Part shown: in pieces, positions 35,661 to 45,852 of the stretch
Numbering within the stretch: position 1 is the first letter of the stretch
Layout of the letters: each line of letters opens with the position of its first letter
Assembly: GCA_051003155.1 (NCBI GenBank)
Contig: JBPCLO010000026.1
Location: 128,001 to 192,000 of the forward strand
Direction: 5' to 3'
DNA length: 64,000 nt
Source: Fimbriimonadales bacterium
GTDB lineage: Bacteria > Armatimonadota > Fimbriimonadia > Fimbriimonadales > ATM1
Translations under genes and position numbers: made by a program
The notes under the pieces: generated by a model
The model's input: the letters and a program-made list of their open reading frames with translations, nothing else
Database searches by the model: none
What the model was told of the DNA's origin: nothing

Positions 35661-37370
35661 ATGCGCGCAAGTCGGATGTTTCTCCCCACGCTTCGTGAAG
35701 CCCCGGCGGACGCCGAGCTCCGGAGCCATGCGCTGCTCGTCAGGGGCGGCTTCATCAAGAGGCTGTCCGCGGGTGTTTACGTCTACCTGCCCCTCGGGCT
35801 AAAGGTGCTGAATAAGGTCGCCAAAATCGTGCGCGACGAAGCGAACAAGGCCGGGTGCGTCGAGCTGCTCATGCCGACGCTGATCCCGTTCGAGCTCCTG
35901 GAGGAGACCGGCCGCGATAAGGTCGCTGTTCTTTACAAGACGACTGACCGGACAGAGCGCAATTTCGCGCTCGGATTTACGCATGAGGAGGTCATCACCG
36001 ACGTCGTGCGCACGTTTGTTCACAGTTATCGGCAAATGCCGCTCTGCCTCTATCAAATTCAAACCAAGTTCCGAGATGAAACTCGGCCGCGCGGCGGATT
36101 AATTCGCGGCAAAGAATTTACGATGTTCGACGCGTATAGCTTCGACGCTACGGAAGCCGACGTCGACAAGATATACCGACAAATGCGTGCCGCCTACGAA
36201 AACATGTTCAAGCGGATGGGCCTTATGGTTCTCGTTTGCGAGGCGGAGTCAGGTGACATTGGCGGTTCCGACAATCATGAGTTTATGGTGATCGCGCCAG
36301 CCGGTGAAGACAGCGTTCTTCTCGATGAAACGACCGGAATCGCAGCCAACGCCGAAAGGTGCGACATCGGCGGGCAGTATCCCCAAGCCGCAGAGTGCGA
36401 CCGAAAGGCGGAACTTGTGGACACTACGGACGCGCGCACAGTAGCGGAAGTGACTTCCCTGCTCGGCGTCGCCGCGGACAAGCTGGTAAAAACGCTCCTG
36501 GTCAATGCCGGCGAACGGAAGGTTGCTGCGCTTGTGCGCGGAGACCGAGAACTGAATCCGTTCAAGCTCGCGAGGCGGCTAAAAGTCGATAAGGTCGAAA
36601 TGATGAGCCTCGACGAGGTGCGTTCGATTACAAGCGCGGACGTGGGCTTCGCGGGACCGATCGGCTTACAAGGCTGTGAATTGGTCGCCGACCAAGAAAT
36701 TCGTTCTCTGTCCGATTTTGTCGTTGGCGCCAACAAGAACGACAAGCACTATATTCACGTCTGCCACGGCAGGGATTTTGCGATCGGTGCGTTCGAGGAT
36801 ATTCGAATAGCAGTGGACGGCGACCCGGCGGTGAATGGCGGAACACTGAGCGAGGTGCGTGGCATAGAGGTTGGGCACATTTTCAAGCTCGGCACGAAAT
36901 ACAGCACCTCGATGGGCGCCACGTTCGACGACGGCGCGGGCAAAACTGACCCAATTCTGATGGGTTGCTACGGTCTGGGTATAGGGCGTTCGATGCAATC
37001 CGTCGCGGAGGTTTCGAACGACGACAACGGCCTGATTTGGCCTATGTCGATCGCCCCATATGAGGCGGTAATCATTTTGGTTAGCGGCGAAGACGAGACG
37101 CAAAAGGCCGCAGCCGAAGGTCTTTACACCGACCTTATTCGCGCGGGAATCGACGTGTTACTCGACGACCGGACCGATAGGCCGGGGTCGAAGTTCAAAG
37201 ATGCCGACCTGCTCGGCATTCCGCTCAGAATCGTATGCGGCCGAGGCGTTACCGATGGGAAACTCGAGATCAAGTGGCGCGACGAAAGGGACACCGTTGA
37301 AATCGAATTGGCAGAAGCATGGACTGTCGTCGGCGGCCTTATAGACGAGAAGCGCAGAGAATTCTGTTAG
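35661..37370 (+). CDS. proS: Proline-tRNA ligase (bacterial type with INS editing domain)
   Basis: PTLREAP, THEEV, QIQTKFRDE.RPR.GL.R, GIEVGHIFKLG and MGCYGLG. Confidence 0.98.
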   Translation: MRASRMFLPTLREAPADAELRSHALLVRGGFIKRLSAGVYVYLPLGLKVLNKVAKIVRDEANKAGCVELLMPTLIPFELLEETGRDKVAVLYKTTDRTERNFALGFTHEEVITDVVRTFVHSYRQMPLCLYQIQTKFRDETRPRGGLIRGKEFTMFDAYSFDATEADVDKIYRQMRAAYENMFKRMGLMVLVCEAESGDIGGSDNHEFMVIAPAGEDSVLLDETTGIAANAERCDIGGQYPQAAECDRKAELVDTTDARTVAEVTSLLGVAADKLVKTLLVNAGERKVAALVRGDRELNPFKLARRLKVDKVEMMSLDEVRSITSADVGFAGPIGLQGCELVADQEIRSLSDFVVGANKNDKHYIHVCHGRDFAIGAFEDIRIAVDGDPAVNGGTLSEVRGIEVGHIFKLGTKYSTSMGATFDDGAGKTDPILMGCYGLGIGRSMQSVAEVSNDDNGLIWPMSIAPYEAVIILVSGEDETQKAAAEGLYTDLIRAGIDVLLDDRTDRPGSKFKDADLLGIPLRIVCGRGVTDGKLEIKWRDERDTVEIELAEAWTVVGGLIDEKRREFC

Positions 37371-37373
37371 CCC

Positions 37374-38174
37374 ATGCCATTCGCGCGTAAATTCGTGGCA
37401 TTCGTGTCCATTTATTGGCAGGAAACACTCGCGTACCGCGCGGCCACGGTCATATGGATACTTGCGGACACGCAAACCGCCCTAATAATGCCAATGGTGT
37501 GGCTCTCCGCATTCGGTGGAGCCGACCAGATTTTTGGAATGACCCCGAATGTACTGGTGACCTACTATCTAGCTACCCTCTTTCTCGGCCAGTTTATTGT
37601 ATGCCACCTGCTGTGGGATATCGCATGGGATATTCGAGAGGGAATGTTGACGACGCAGATGCTGCGGCCATTTTCCATCTTCTGGATGAATGTTGCGCGC
37701 AATCTAGCATGGCGCATCGTTAAGATAGTCTTCTTCTTTCCTTTTCTGATTATCTTTTTGTTGGCCTATAGCAGTTACTTGGGAGGCGTTCCCCTCCACA
37801 TTTCGCCAGAGTTTGTACTCACCGTTTTTCTTGGCCATGCGCTCAGTTTCTTGGTCGCAAACTCGATCGCTCTCCTCTCGTTGTGGACCACTGAGTTTCA
37901 AAGCGTTTTCAGCCTCTATTATTTTCCCGAATCGATCTTGAGCGGCCGCGTCGTGCCTCTCGACTCGCTCCCGCCGTGGATCGTGACGATCGGTAACTTC
38001 TTGCCTTTTCAATTCACCGTGTCCGTTCCTGCGAACGCCCTGCTCGGCAGGCTCTCCCAAGCTGAGTTACGCCAATCGATTTGGTTCCAACTCTGCTGGA
38101 TCATCGTTTTTGCGTTCCTCGGCAAAGTGCTGTTCCAGCGGGGCACAAGGCAATACACGGGCTTTGGCAATTGA
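37374..38174 (+). CDS. ABC-2 family transporter permease (DUF990-like)
   Basis: LAYRA, IREG.L...LRP, SGR.VPL..LP.W and LPF; six TM helices. Confidence 0.85.
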   Translation: MPFARKFVAFVSIYWQETLAYRAATVIWILADTQTALIMPMVWLSAFGGADQIFGMTPNVLVTYYLATLFLGQFIVCHLLWDIAWDIREGMLTTQMLRPFSIFWMNVARNLAWRIVKIVFFFPFLIIFLLAYSSYLGGVPLHISPEFVLTVFLGHALSFLVANSIALLSLWTTEFQSVFSLYYFPESILSGRVVPLDSLPPWIVTIGNFLPFQFTVSVPANALLGRLSQAELRQSIWFQLCWIIVFAFLGKVLFQRGTRQYTGFGN

Positions 38175-38992
38175 GTAGTCTTCCGGGCGTGGCTGCCCTG
38201 CTCAGAAAATGGTATGCGTTGATTAGCATCTATGCGCAAGAGGGCCTGGCCTACCGCGCTAACGGCTTCATTTGGATCCTAACCGATACGGTCCCCGCGA
38301 TGATTATGCCGCTCGTGTTTATTGCTTCGTCAAAGGTCTCCGGCGAGATTGGTGGATATTCCGACGTCCAGATTGTTCAGTACTACTTGGCGATGCTGGT
38401 CATCACGAACTTCATCACCTGCCACCTTATGTGGGAACTTGCCTTCGAGATCAAAGAAGGCGTTTTTACGACAAATTTATTGCGTCCGGTCAGTTATTTT
38501 CAAGTGTGCGCAATCCGCAACGTGGTATGGCGTGTTCTGAGGCTTTTGTATTTTATTCCGGCGCTCGTCGTGCTGCTTTTCTTTTATAGGCACTATTTAA
38601 CTGGCGGGCCGGTCTATCTTGGATGGGAGACCTGGGCTTCGATTCTTTTGGGCCACTTCGTGAGCTTTTCGCTGGCTTATATGCTCACGATGCTCGCCTT
38701 GGTTTTACAGGAAACGCGGAGTATTTTCGAGCTTTATTATTTTCCGATGCTTTTCTTGTCGGGGCAAATGTTTCCCGTGTATCTCATGCCGGATTGGATT
38801 GTCACCCTAGCAAAGGCACTTCCATTCTATTACACAACTGCATTGCCGCTCGATATCATGCTGCATCGTCTCGAACCTTCCGCGTCTATCGGGCCAATGC
38901 TCATCCAGGCCGCCTGGATCGCCGGACACCTCTTTGGAGCTCGCATACTTTGGGGTATGGGGCTTAAGAGTTACGCCGCCGTCGGCATGTAG
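38171..38992 (+). CDS. ABC-2 family transporter permease, paralog of the preceding gene (start estimated)
   Basis: LAYRA, CHLMWE, IKEG...LLRP and LSGQMFP. Confidence 0.85.
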   Translation: MSSLPGVAALLRKWYALISIYAQEGLAYRANGFIWILTDTVPAMIMPLVFIASSKVSGEIGGYSDVQIVQYYLAMLVITNFITCHLMWELAFEIKEGVFTTNLLRPVSYFQVCAIRNVVWRVLRLLYFIPALVVLLFFYRHYLTGGPVYLGWETWASILLGHFVSFSLAYMLTMLALVLQETRSIFELYYFPMLFLSGQMFPVYLMPDWIVTLAKALPFYYTTALPLDIMLHRLEPSASIGPMLIQAAWIAGHLFGARILWGMGLKSYAAVGM

Positions 38993-38994
38993 GA

Positions 38995-40527
38995 TCAAGG
39001 GTCGACAAACAGCGTTTTGTCATGGGAGAGCATGACCAGCCCGGGCGCCGCCTTTCTTGGCTTTCGAACGTGCTTGGCGAAAGTGTAGCTGACCGGGACG
39101 TGGTTGGCGTGCTTCTGGCTGCTTTGGCGCGCGGCCACCCTCGCTGCGAACAGTAGGGTGTCCATCTGGACGCGCTCCGGCTTGTTTTGCGTCTGCAGAA
39201 TGACGTGGGATCCGCCGGCTCCCCGCACGTGCAGCCAGTAGTCGTTGGGTTTGGCGATGCGGGTCAAGTAGTCGTTGCTGGTCGCGTTCTCTCCCCAAAG
39301 GATTTTGTGCCCGCTCGGCGCGGCCGTCTCTCTGATCTTGTGCCCGGCGTATGGCCGCTCCTCTTTTGGGACGTCCGAATGGGGTGCATTTTCACGGAGC
39401 CATCCCTGTGAAATTGCTTTGGCTGAGATTTCGCCGATAACGTCGGGTTCCACAGAATCGAGGCGGTCGATCATGCCCCGCAATTCATCGAGCTCAGCCC
39501 GCATGCGCTCGGTGCGCGCCCCAACGATCGACGCGGCGTTCTTTGCTTTTTTGGCCTTGGTAAAGAGTCGTTCGGCGTTTTCCACGGCGCTCAGTTTCGG
39601 GTTTAGTTTGATTACGACCGGAGTACCGTCGTAATCGTGCGCCTCGAAAACGTGTGCTTCAGGCGGTATCGCGCGCACGTTCGAGAGCAGTATCTCCCCC
39701 TGCATTTGCAAGTACCTCGCCCTCGCAGCGGTGTCGAGGACACTTTCCATCTGCTTGACCGCGGACGCTCGGGAGTCGTGGGCACGCTGCAGCTGTCCCT
39801 TCAGAGCTTTGGCCCGCTGCTCAGCCAATTCGATTGGAACGAGCCACTCATAGTGTTTCTCGAGGGCCGCGCTAAGGCTGCCCATCGGCACCGCAGCCTT
39901 AGCGTCCAGTTGCGATGGCAAGAAACCATACGCTCCGACAGACGGCACCCAGACCGCGTTTCCCTCTCCTGCGAGCGCCAGTACTTTGTCCTTGCCGCTA
40001 AGCCTAACCTCTTCCTCCAGGAACTTCGAGAGGCCGCTTCGCTCTTCTATCGCTTCGGCAAGATCGCGCCGGACGCCAATCGAGATTTTTTCTTCGATGC
40101 GCCTTAATCTGTTGATCGATCTCCCGTTCGGCTCTTTGAGGTAGAAGTTCGACCGGCTTCCGATTAGATCGCAAACCAGCCGGCACGAGACTTCGTCCCC
40201 GTGCTGAGCGTCGATCGCGAACCTTCGATCGAAACCCAACTGACGAACTGCGCCGATCTGGGCTCCGTCGAACCGTGCCCGCATCAACCTGCCGAATGGC
40301 CCTACGTCGCCGGCTCCTGGCGTCATGGATGTCAGGTGCACTCGGTAGAAGCGTGGGTCCGCTGAAATCAGCAGTCGAAGCTCGTTGTCCCCCCGACCCA
40401 GTTTTATGACCAGTGTGCTCTCCTCAGGCTGCCAAATCCGGTTCACGTACAGCCCGACCGTTGGCTGCAGTTCGCGGCAGACCAACATCAAGGAGAGGCT
40501 ATCGAAAGGAATCCTGGCATCCGGCAC
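38995..40527 (-). CDS. rqcH: Rqc2/RqcH (NFACT, FbpA-like) ribosome quality-control factor
   Basis: FDSL, FDR, DLIG.RSN, LNPKLS..ENAERLF.KAKK, GEN...ND.LT...PNDYWLH.RG..GSHV and VRKP. Confidence 0.88.
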   Translation of the reverse strand: MPDARIPFDSLSLMLVCRELQPTVGLYVNRIWQPEESTLVIKLGRGDNELRLLISADPRFYRVHLTSMTPGAGDVGPFGRLMRARFDGAQIGAVRQLGFDRRFAIDAQHGDEVSCRLVCDLIGSRSNFYLKEPNGRSINRLRRIEEKISIGVRRDLAEAIEERSGLSKFLEEEVRLSGKDKVLALAGEGNAVWVPSVGAYGFLPSQLDAKAAVPMGSLSAALEKHYEWLVPIELAEQRAKALKGQLQRAHDSRASAVKQMESVLDTAARARYLQMQGEILLSNVRAIPPEAHVFEAHDYDGTPVVIKLNPKLSAVENAERLFTKAKKAKNAASIVGARTERMRAELDELRGMIDRLDSVEPDVIGEISAKAISQGWLRENAPHSDVPKEERPYAGHKIRETAAPSGHKILWGENATSNDYLTRIAKPNDYWLHVRGAGGSHVILQTQNKPERVQMDTLLFAARVAARQSSQKHANHVPVSYTFAKHVRKPRKAAPGLVMLSHDKTLFVDP

Positions 40528-40564
40528 GTCTCGAAATGCTACCGGGAAACGGTAAAATCGCACC

Positions 40565-41437
40565 ATGGGAAAACTCGTTTGGCTGAACGGTGAAGTTCAG
40601 GAACTCGACAGCGCCGTCGTTCCCGCCGCAGACCACGCTCACCTCTATGGCGACGGTCTCTTCGAAGGAATACGAATCTACGATCGCAAGATTTTCAAGC
40701 TGGATCAGCACTTGGGTCGCCTCTATGACGGAATCCGATACCTCGGGTTCGAGATGCAGATTTCACGGGCCGAGTTCAAGGAAATCATCCTCGACACTTG
40801 CAAAAGGGCCGAAATCGATGCCGGCTACATCAGACTCAACGTCACCCGCGGCACCGGCCTCGGCCTCGATCCCCGCAACATCAACCGTCAGCCGAGCGTC
40901 ATGGTCATGGTGAGTTCGCTCGCCCTGTATCCGCCGGAGGCCTACGAGGTCGGCCTCAAAGCGGTTACGGTCAGCACGAGGGTTATCCCGCCTCAGTGTC
41001 TAGACCCGCGGCTGAAGACGATCGGGCGATATGTGTCCAATATTTACGCAAAGATGGAAGCCAACCGGCAAGGCGCAGGCGAGGGCATCATGCTCAACAC
41101 CGAAGGCTATCTAGCCGAAGCCACGGGCGACAACGTCTTCCTAATTCGTGACGGTGTGATCCGCACCCCGCACATTAGCTGCGGGATACTCGGCGGAATA
41201 ACTCGCCAGGCCGTAATCGACCTTGCTCGTGAGGAAGGCGTTATCGTTCAAGAGGAGTTTATGACCCTCTACGACCTCTTCAGCGCGGACGAAGCTTTCC
41301 TAACCGGAACGGCTGCGGAAGTCATTCCACTTATCAGCCTCGACAATAAGAAAATAGGTTGTGGGACGCCCGGCGAAATCACTGGCCGCATGATGGGCCT
41401 GTTCCGGCAGGCAACAAAGATCGGCGACGCCTTTTAG
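40565..41437 (+). CDS. ilvE: Branched-chain amino acid aminotransferase
   Basis: LYGDGLFEGIR, YIRL.VTRG, E.TGDNVF, LGGITR and ADEAFLTGTAAE. Confidence 0.95.
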   Translation: MGKLVWLNGEVQELDSAVVPAADHAHLYGDGLFEGIRIYDRKIFKLDQHLGRLYDGIRYLGFEMQISRAEFKEIILDTCKRAEIDAGYIRLNVTRGTGLGLDPRNINRQPSVMVMVSSLALYPPEAYEVGLKAVTVSTRVIPPQCLDPRLKTIGRYVSNIYAKMEANRQGAGEGIMLNTEGYLAEATGDNVFLIRDGVIRTPHISCGILGGITRQAVIDLAREEGVIVQEEFMTLYDLFSADEAFLTGTAAEVIPLISLDNKKIGCGTPGEITGRMMGLFRQATKIGDAF

Positions 41438-41505
41438 ATTTTGCGCCGCACAGAACGAAGTACCTACATAGGACGTCCATAATGGAAAGTAACGGGAGGC
41501 AACTC

Positions 41506-42699
41506 ATGAGATACAACCTGCTTATTGCAGCCGCACTATTGACGACGGCTTCGTTCGCGCAGCGCGACTGGTCCCGGTATCGCCTGTATGTCGGCGATGC
41601 TAAGGCCGCCGAAAGGGTGACCAATTCCCCGCTGGGCCTCTATTCTGAACACGTCGTCATCGGCGAAACCGATGTGATCGTCGGGCCAGGTGAACTGCCC
41701 ATTTTGAAGCGCTTGAGCATCCCCTTCAAGCGTGTTGGTTCGCTGAGGAGGCCCGACTCCCACAATCGTGACATAACGGATGGGGATCCGCCGGACTACC
41801 GTTACAACTACCTTCGCTACGACGAGATCATCGCACAATATGAGATATGGCGCGCACAGCGCCCCTTCCTCATCGAGCGGCAGCAGATCGGCATCAGCCA
41901 CCAAGGCCGGCCGATTTGGGTTTATCGGCTGAATAATCCTTCCCCTACGGTCGAGCCCATTCCTGTGTTCATTCAGGGCGGAATCCACGCTCGCGAATGG
42001 ATATCACCCCCGGTCGTCATGTACCTCTTTGAGACACTGATGAACAGGGGCTTGATCGGCCTTGCGGATTGGTACCTGCTCTCCAAATTCGATCTCAGTG
42101 TCGTGCCGGTTGTTAACCCAGACGGATACGAGTTCTCGTGGACCAATAACCGCTTTTGGCGCAAGAACCGCCGCAATAACGGCGGCGGCAGCTTCGGCGT
42201 CGATCTAAACCGCAACTATTCGAAGGGGTGGGGTGGCGAAGGCAGCAGCGGCAATCCGGATTCGGACACGTACCGCGGTCCGTTTGCTTTCAGCGAACCT
42301 GAAACGGCATGCCTCAGGGATTATTTGAACACGATCAGCGGCCTCCGTGGTGCGATCGATTACCACAGCTACGGCCAGCACATTCTATATCCGTGGTCCT
42401 ACACATACGATCCGCCTCCCGATCAGACCTGGCTTCATGCCATGGGTGAAGCCTATCGCCTCGGAATCCAAAATGCCGGCGGATTGCCTTACGACAACGG
42501 CCAAGGGTCGCTCAGTCTTTACATAGCTGCGGGCACGAGTAAGGATTACTACTACGCTGAGCACGGGGCTGCCGCCTATACGCTCGAACTTCGGGATCAA
42601 GGAAACTTCGGGTTCGAACTCCCCCCGAACCAGATACTTCCTACGCAGAAGGAAAACTGGGCCGGTTTTAGGAGTTGGCTCTTGGCCCTCCTACAGTAG
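41506..42699 (+). CDS. M14 zinc carboxypeptidase, secreted
   Basis: GIHAREW, NPDGY, WRKNR, GVDLNRN, SEPET, DYHSYGQ and ELR. Confidence 0.92.
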   Translation: MRYNLLIAAALLTTASFAQRDWSRYRLYVGDAKAAERVTNSPLGLYSEHVVIGETDVIVGPGELPILKRLSIPFKRVGSLRRPDSHNRDITDGDPPDYRYNYLRYDEIIAQYEIWRAQRPFLIERQQIGISHQGRPIWVYRLNNPSPTVEPIPVFIQGGIHAREWISPPVVMYLFETLMNRGLIGLADWYLLSKFDLSVVPVVNPDGYEFSWTNNRFWRKNRRNNGGGSFGVDLNRNYSKGWGGEGSSGNPDSDTYRGPFAFSEPETACLRDYLNTISGLRGAIDYHSYGQHILYPWSYTYDPPPDQTWLHAMGEAYRLGIQNAGGLPYDNGQGSLSLYIAAGTSKDYYYAEHGAAAYTLELRDQGNFGFELPPNQILPTQKENWAGFRSWLLALLQ

Positions 42700-42743
42700 C
42701 CAAAGGGTATAGTTGACTGATTCTTATGAGGTGGAAAAACGTA

Positions 42744-43472
42744 ATGAAATTGCGATTACTGGTTGTCGTCCCGGTTTTTGTTTTGGGCATTTTCGGATGC
42801 GGAGGCGGCGGCTCCGGCGGGTCTACGAACGAGCAGTTCTTCTACCGCTTTACGAACATTATTCCGTTCATTAGTGGCGTTGACTTCCTCGTCGATAAAG
42901 TGGTCCAAGTCTCGAATTTGCAGTACGCGGGGCATAGCGACTACTTCGAGACAGACACCGAAGAGCCGAACATGTTCATCGACGCCCTCGACTCCGCCAG
43001 TCAAGAAATCATCGACGCGATCGTGATCGAGAAGCGACGAGACGCGAGTGTACACATTTACGCGCTCGGAGTAAGAGGCGGGCCGCAACAACAACAGCCG
43101 GAGGCTCAGATCATTCCGGTTGAAGTCATCCGCACAACTCCGCAAGGAAACGCCCGATTGATAGTCGTTCACGGATACGTACGGCAAGCAGGCACGCAAA
43201 CGCCGAACATCGACCTCTTGAGGTCGGGGCAGATACAGCCTATTGTGGAAGATATGCCGTTCGCCAATGCCGAGACCGTCAACGTGCCCCCAGGAACATA
43301 CACCCTCACCGCTCGCTTCGCTGGCCTGCTCAGCGGTGAATTCCTATTCCGTCGCAACGTGGAGTTACTGGCCGGACATGTGTACGTCGCGCTGCTACGT
43401 GGCGTGGAAGGGCAGACGGGCGCGCTCGAACCCGTCATCGACATTTTCGAAGAGCCGGTGTTCGATCCCTAG
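42744..43472 (+). CDS. DUF4397-like lipoprotein
   Basis: Lipobox IFGC; two repeated beta domains (VDFLVD...LQYA; ARLIVVH...VPPGTY). Confidence 0.7.
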   Translation: MKLRLLVVVPVFVLGIFGCGGGGSGGSTNEQFFYRFTNIIPFISGVDFLVDKVVQVSNLQYAGHSDYFETDTEEPNMFIDALDSASQEIIDAIVIEKRRDASVHIYALGVRGGPQQQQPEAQIIPVEVIRTTPQGNARLIVVHGYVRQAGTQTPNIDLLRSGQIQPIVEDMPFANAETVNVPPGTYTLTARFAGLLSGEFLFRRNVELLAGHVYVALLRGVEGQTGALEPVIDIFEEPVFDP

Positions 43473-43492
43473 AGAGCCAGTATAATCCAGAA

Positions 43493-43970
43493 ATGGCGCT
43501 TCGCGAGTTCTCTCTTCGGGTACCACCCGGTTGCCGACCCGGCGAAGCCGAAAAGACGAAGCGCGACCTAATAGAAATCGTCGAAGAGTACGTCGAGGGT
43601 ATTTATAGGCTGCGTGAGGATGTCGGGAGCGTGACCAATCGGTGAACTGGCGCTGTACATGGTAGTTTCGCCGGGGAGCGCTACCTCGATGGTCAAGAAG
43701 CTTTCACAACTTGGGCTTGTTCACCATGCTCCGTATAAGTCAATTCAGCTCACGCCGGCGATCGGCGAGGAACTTGAAGTTGTGAAGGTCACTAATGAAG
43801 CTTTCGAGTTCCTCAAGTTCCTCGAGGACATTGAGCTGATACCCGCCGCCCGCTTTATCCTTGCGGGCGCAACGGAATTTGATGGCGTTATTCACCTGAA
43901 GATCGAAGACAGTCCGATCACCGTTGGCCGCGAGGTTTCTCGTCACGTTTGGGTCAAGAGGGCTTGCTAG
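43493..43970 (+). pseudogene. DtxR/MntR metal-dependent repressor, frameshifted and internally deleted
   Basis: VEEYVEGIYRL...VTN then TGA at 43643; continues in a shifted frame GELALYMVVSPGSATSMVKKL...PYKSIQLT and jumps straight to a FeoA-like tail with no RxHRLxE dimerisation domain. Confidence 0.85.
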
Positions 43971-43975
43971 GACAA

Positions 43976-44749
43976 ATGCGCCCGTTGGTCCTGATGTGGG
44001 CTGCCGTAGCCGCAGCCGCGTCCACTGCCGCCGACGTAAATTACGACGGCCGCAAGATTGGGGGCGTCTGGTATCACGCCATTGTAGCCAATCTGAACTC
44101 TGACGACGTTAAGATGAGCGGCTTGGTGAACCGGGAGGTGGGTCGGAGTGAACCCTTCTGGCAAATGTTGTCGCGCTCGAAGGCCACGGTCGCGGTGTCG
44201 GGTACATTTTTCGACACTCGCAGCGCTCGCCCGATCGGATCGATCGTGATAGAAGGCGACGGCAAAGTCGATGGCTTCCACGGAAGCTGCCTGGCTATCG
44301 ATTACTTTAATCAAGCGAAGGTGCTCGATCCAAAGTGGGGGCGACACTTCGACACGAGCCCGTACCGGTATCTCGTCCGTGGTGGGGTGAGGCTTATTAC
44401 CGGCGGGGAAATTACGGTCTATCCGAGGGCGCAAAGATTCAAAGACCCACGGGTCTGGAGTAAGACGAGACGGGTGGCCGTCGGCGTGACGGGCAACAAC
44501 AAACTGATCGTCGTCGCAACCAACGGATCCGTACTGCTACGCAGTTTGGCCAACGCCATGAAAGCCTACGGCGCGCGCAACGCCATCGCGCTGGACGGGG
44601 GCGGCTCTGCGGCAATGTACTATCGGGGCAAGATACTCGTGAAGCCGAGTCGGAAGCTCACCAACCTCTTGACCCTTCATGAGGCCCCGGGCGCGGCGTG
44701 GTCACCCCTGCCTACTCCCTCCGGTGGTGTCACGGACAAAGGCGGCTAA
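43976..44749 (+). CDS. Phosphodiester glycosidase (NAGPA) family protein
   Basis: SGTFFD, RVAVGV and AIALDGGGS. Confidence 0.85.
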   Translation: MRPLVLMWAAVAAAASTAADVNYDGRKIGGVWYHAIVANLNSDDVKMSGLVNREVGRSEPFWQMLSRSKATVAVSGTFFDTRSARPIGSIVIEGDGKVDGFHGSCLAIDYFNQAKVLDPKWGRHFDTSPYRYLVRGGVRLITGGEITVYPRAQRFKDPRVWSKTRRVAVGVTGNNKLIVVATNGSVLLRSLANAMKAYGARNAIALDGGGSAAMYYRGKILVKPSRKLTNLLTLHEAPGAAWSPLPTPSGGVTDKGG

Positions 44750-44751
44750 CC

Positions 44752-45852
44752 GTGATCTATCCGCGCACTTGGGTCGAGGTCGACCTCGATGCCTTTAGGC
44801 ACAACCTAAACGCAATACGCGCGGCCTTGCCTGCCACTACGAAGATGGCACTCGTCACGAAGGCCGACGCGTACGGCCACGGCCTTATCCCCATCTCACG
44901 CGTCGCCGTGCAGCACGGCGTAGATTATATTGCCGTGGCTACGGTGCAGGAAGGGATTTCCCTCCGCGAAGCCGAAATCGAAGCGCCGATCGTTGTTCTC
45001 GCCCCCACTCTCGGCCTCGAGGCCAAGCATGCCGTCTACTATCGCCTTAGGAATCTCGTCGAATCCTACGAAGCGGCTGTGGCGATCTCGGAAGCGGCTG
45101 TCGAGCTGGACACCAAAGCGAAAGTGCATCTCAAAATCGACACCGGCATGTCGCGCTTCGGCGTTCAGGCGGATCATGCGGCAGATTTGGCCGAAAGGAT
45201 TGTTGCGCTCAGGAATATCGACTTGGAAGGTGCAGCGACACACTTCGCCAATTCCGGCAAGGAACCCGAGTACACCGCGTGGCAATACGAGCGTTTCAAG
45301 AATGCGCTGTGCGATATGGAGGCCAGAGGAATACACGTCCGGATACGTCACTGCGCAAACAGCGGCGCGATCGTTCGATTCCCTTCCGCCTTCATGGACA
45401 TGACGCGCGTCGGAATCCTGGCATATGGAATTACCCACGTCGGCGAAACAGAGTTGGGCCTCAGGCCGGTTCTAACCTGGAAAGCTCGAATCATGTCTCT
45501 CCGACAATTGCCCAAGGGTACGAAGGTGAGCTACAACTTGACCTATGAGACGCCCGCAGATAGCCTCATCGCCACGCTCGGCGTCGGATACGGAGACGGC
45601 TACCACCGGTCCCTCAGCAACCGTGGCGCCACAGTGGTCCACGGCAAGCTGGCTCCGATAAGGGGCATCGTGTGCATGGACCAGCTGATGATCGACGTGA
45701 CCGAGATTCCAGAGGCGAAGATCGGCGACGAAGTGGGGCTTATTCTTGCGCCGGTGAGTGCCGAATACCTCGCCGAGATTGTCGGCACCACGCCGCACGA
45801 GATGACGACACGCATCATGTCGCGCGTTCCTCGTAAGTACGTCGAGCCTTAG
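44752..45852 (+). CDS. alr: Alanine racemase
   Basis: KADAYGHG, HLKIDTGMSR.G, THFA, NSG, GYGDG and CMDQ. Confidence 0.97.
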   Translation: MIYPRTWVEVDLDAFRHNLNAIRAALPATTKMALVTKADAYGHGLIPISRVAVQHGVDYIAVATVQEGISLREAEIEAPIVVLAPTLGLEAKHAVYYRLRNLVESYEAAVAISEAAVELDTKAKVHLKIDTGMSRFGVQADHAADLAERIVALRNIDLEGAATHFANSGKEPEYTAWQYERFKNALCDMEARGIHVRIRHCANSGAIVRFPSAFMDMTRVGILAYGITHVGETELGLRPVLTWKARIMSLRQLPKGTKVSYNLTYETPADSLIATLGVGYGDGYHRSLSNRGATVVHGKLAPIRGIVCMDQLMIDVTEIPEAKIGDEVGLILAPVSAEYLAEIVGTTPHEMTTRIMSRVPRKYVEP

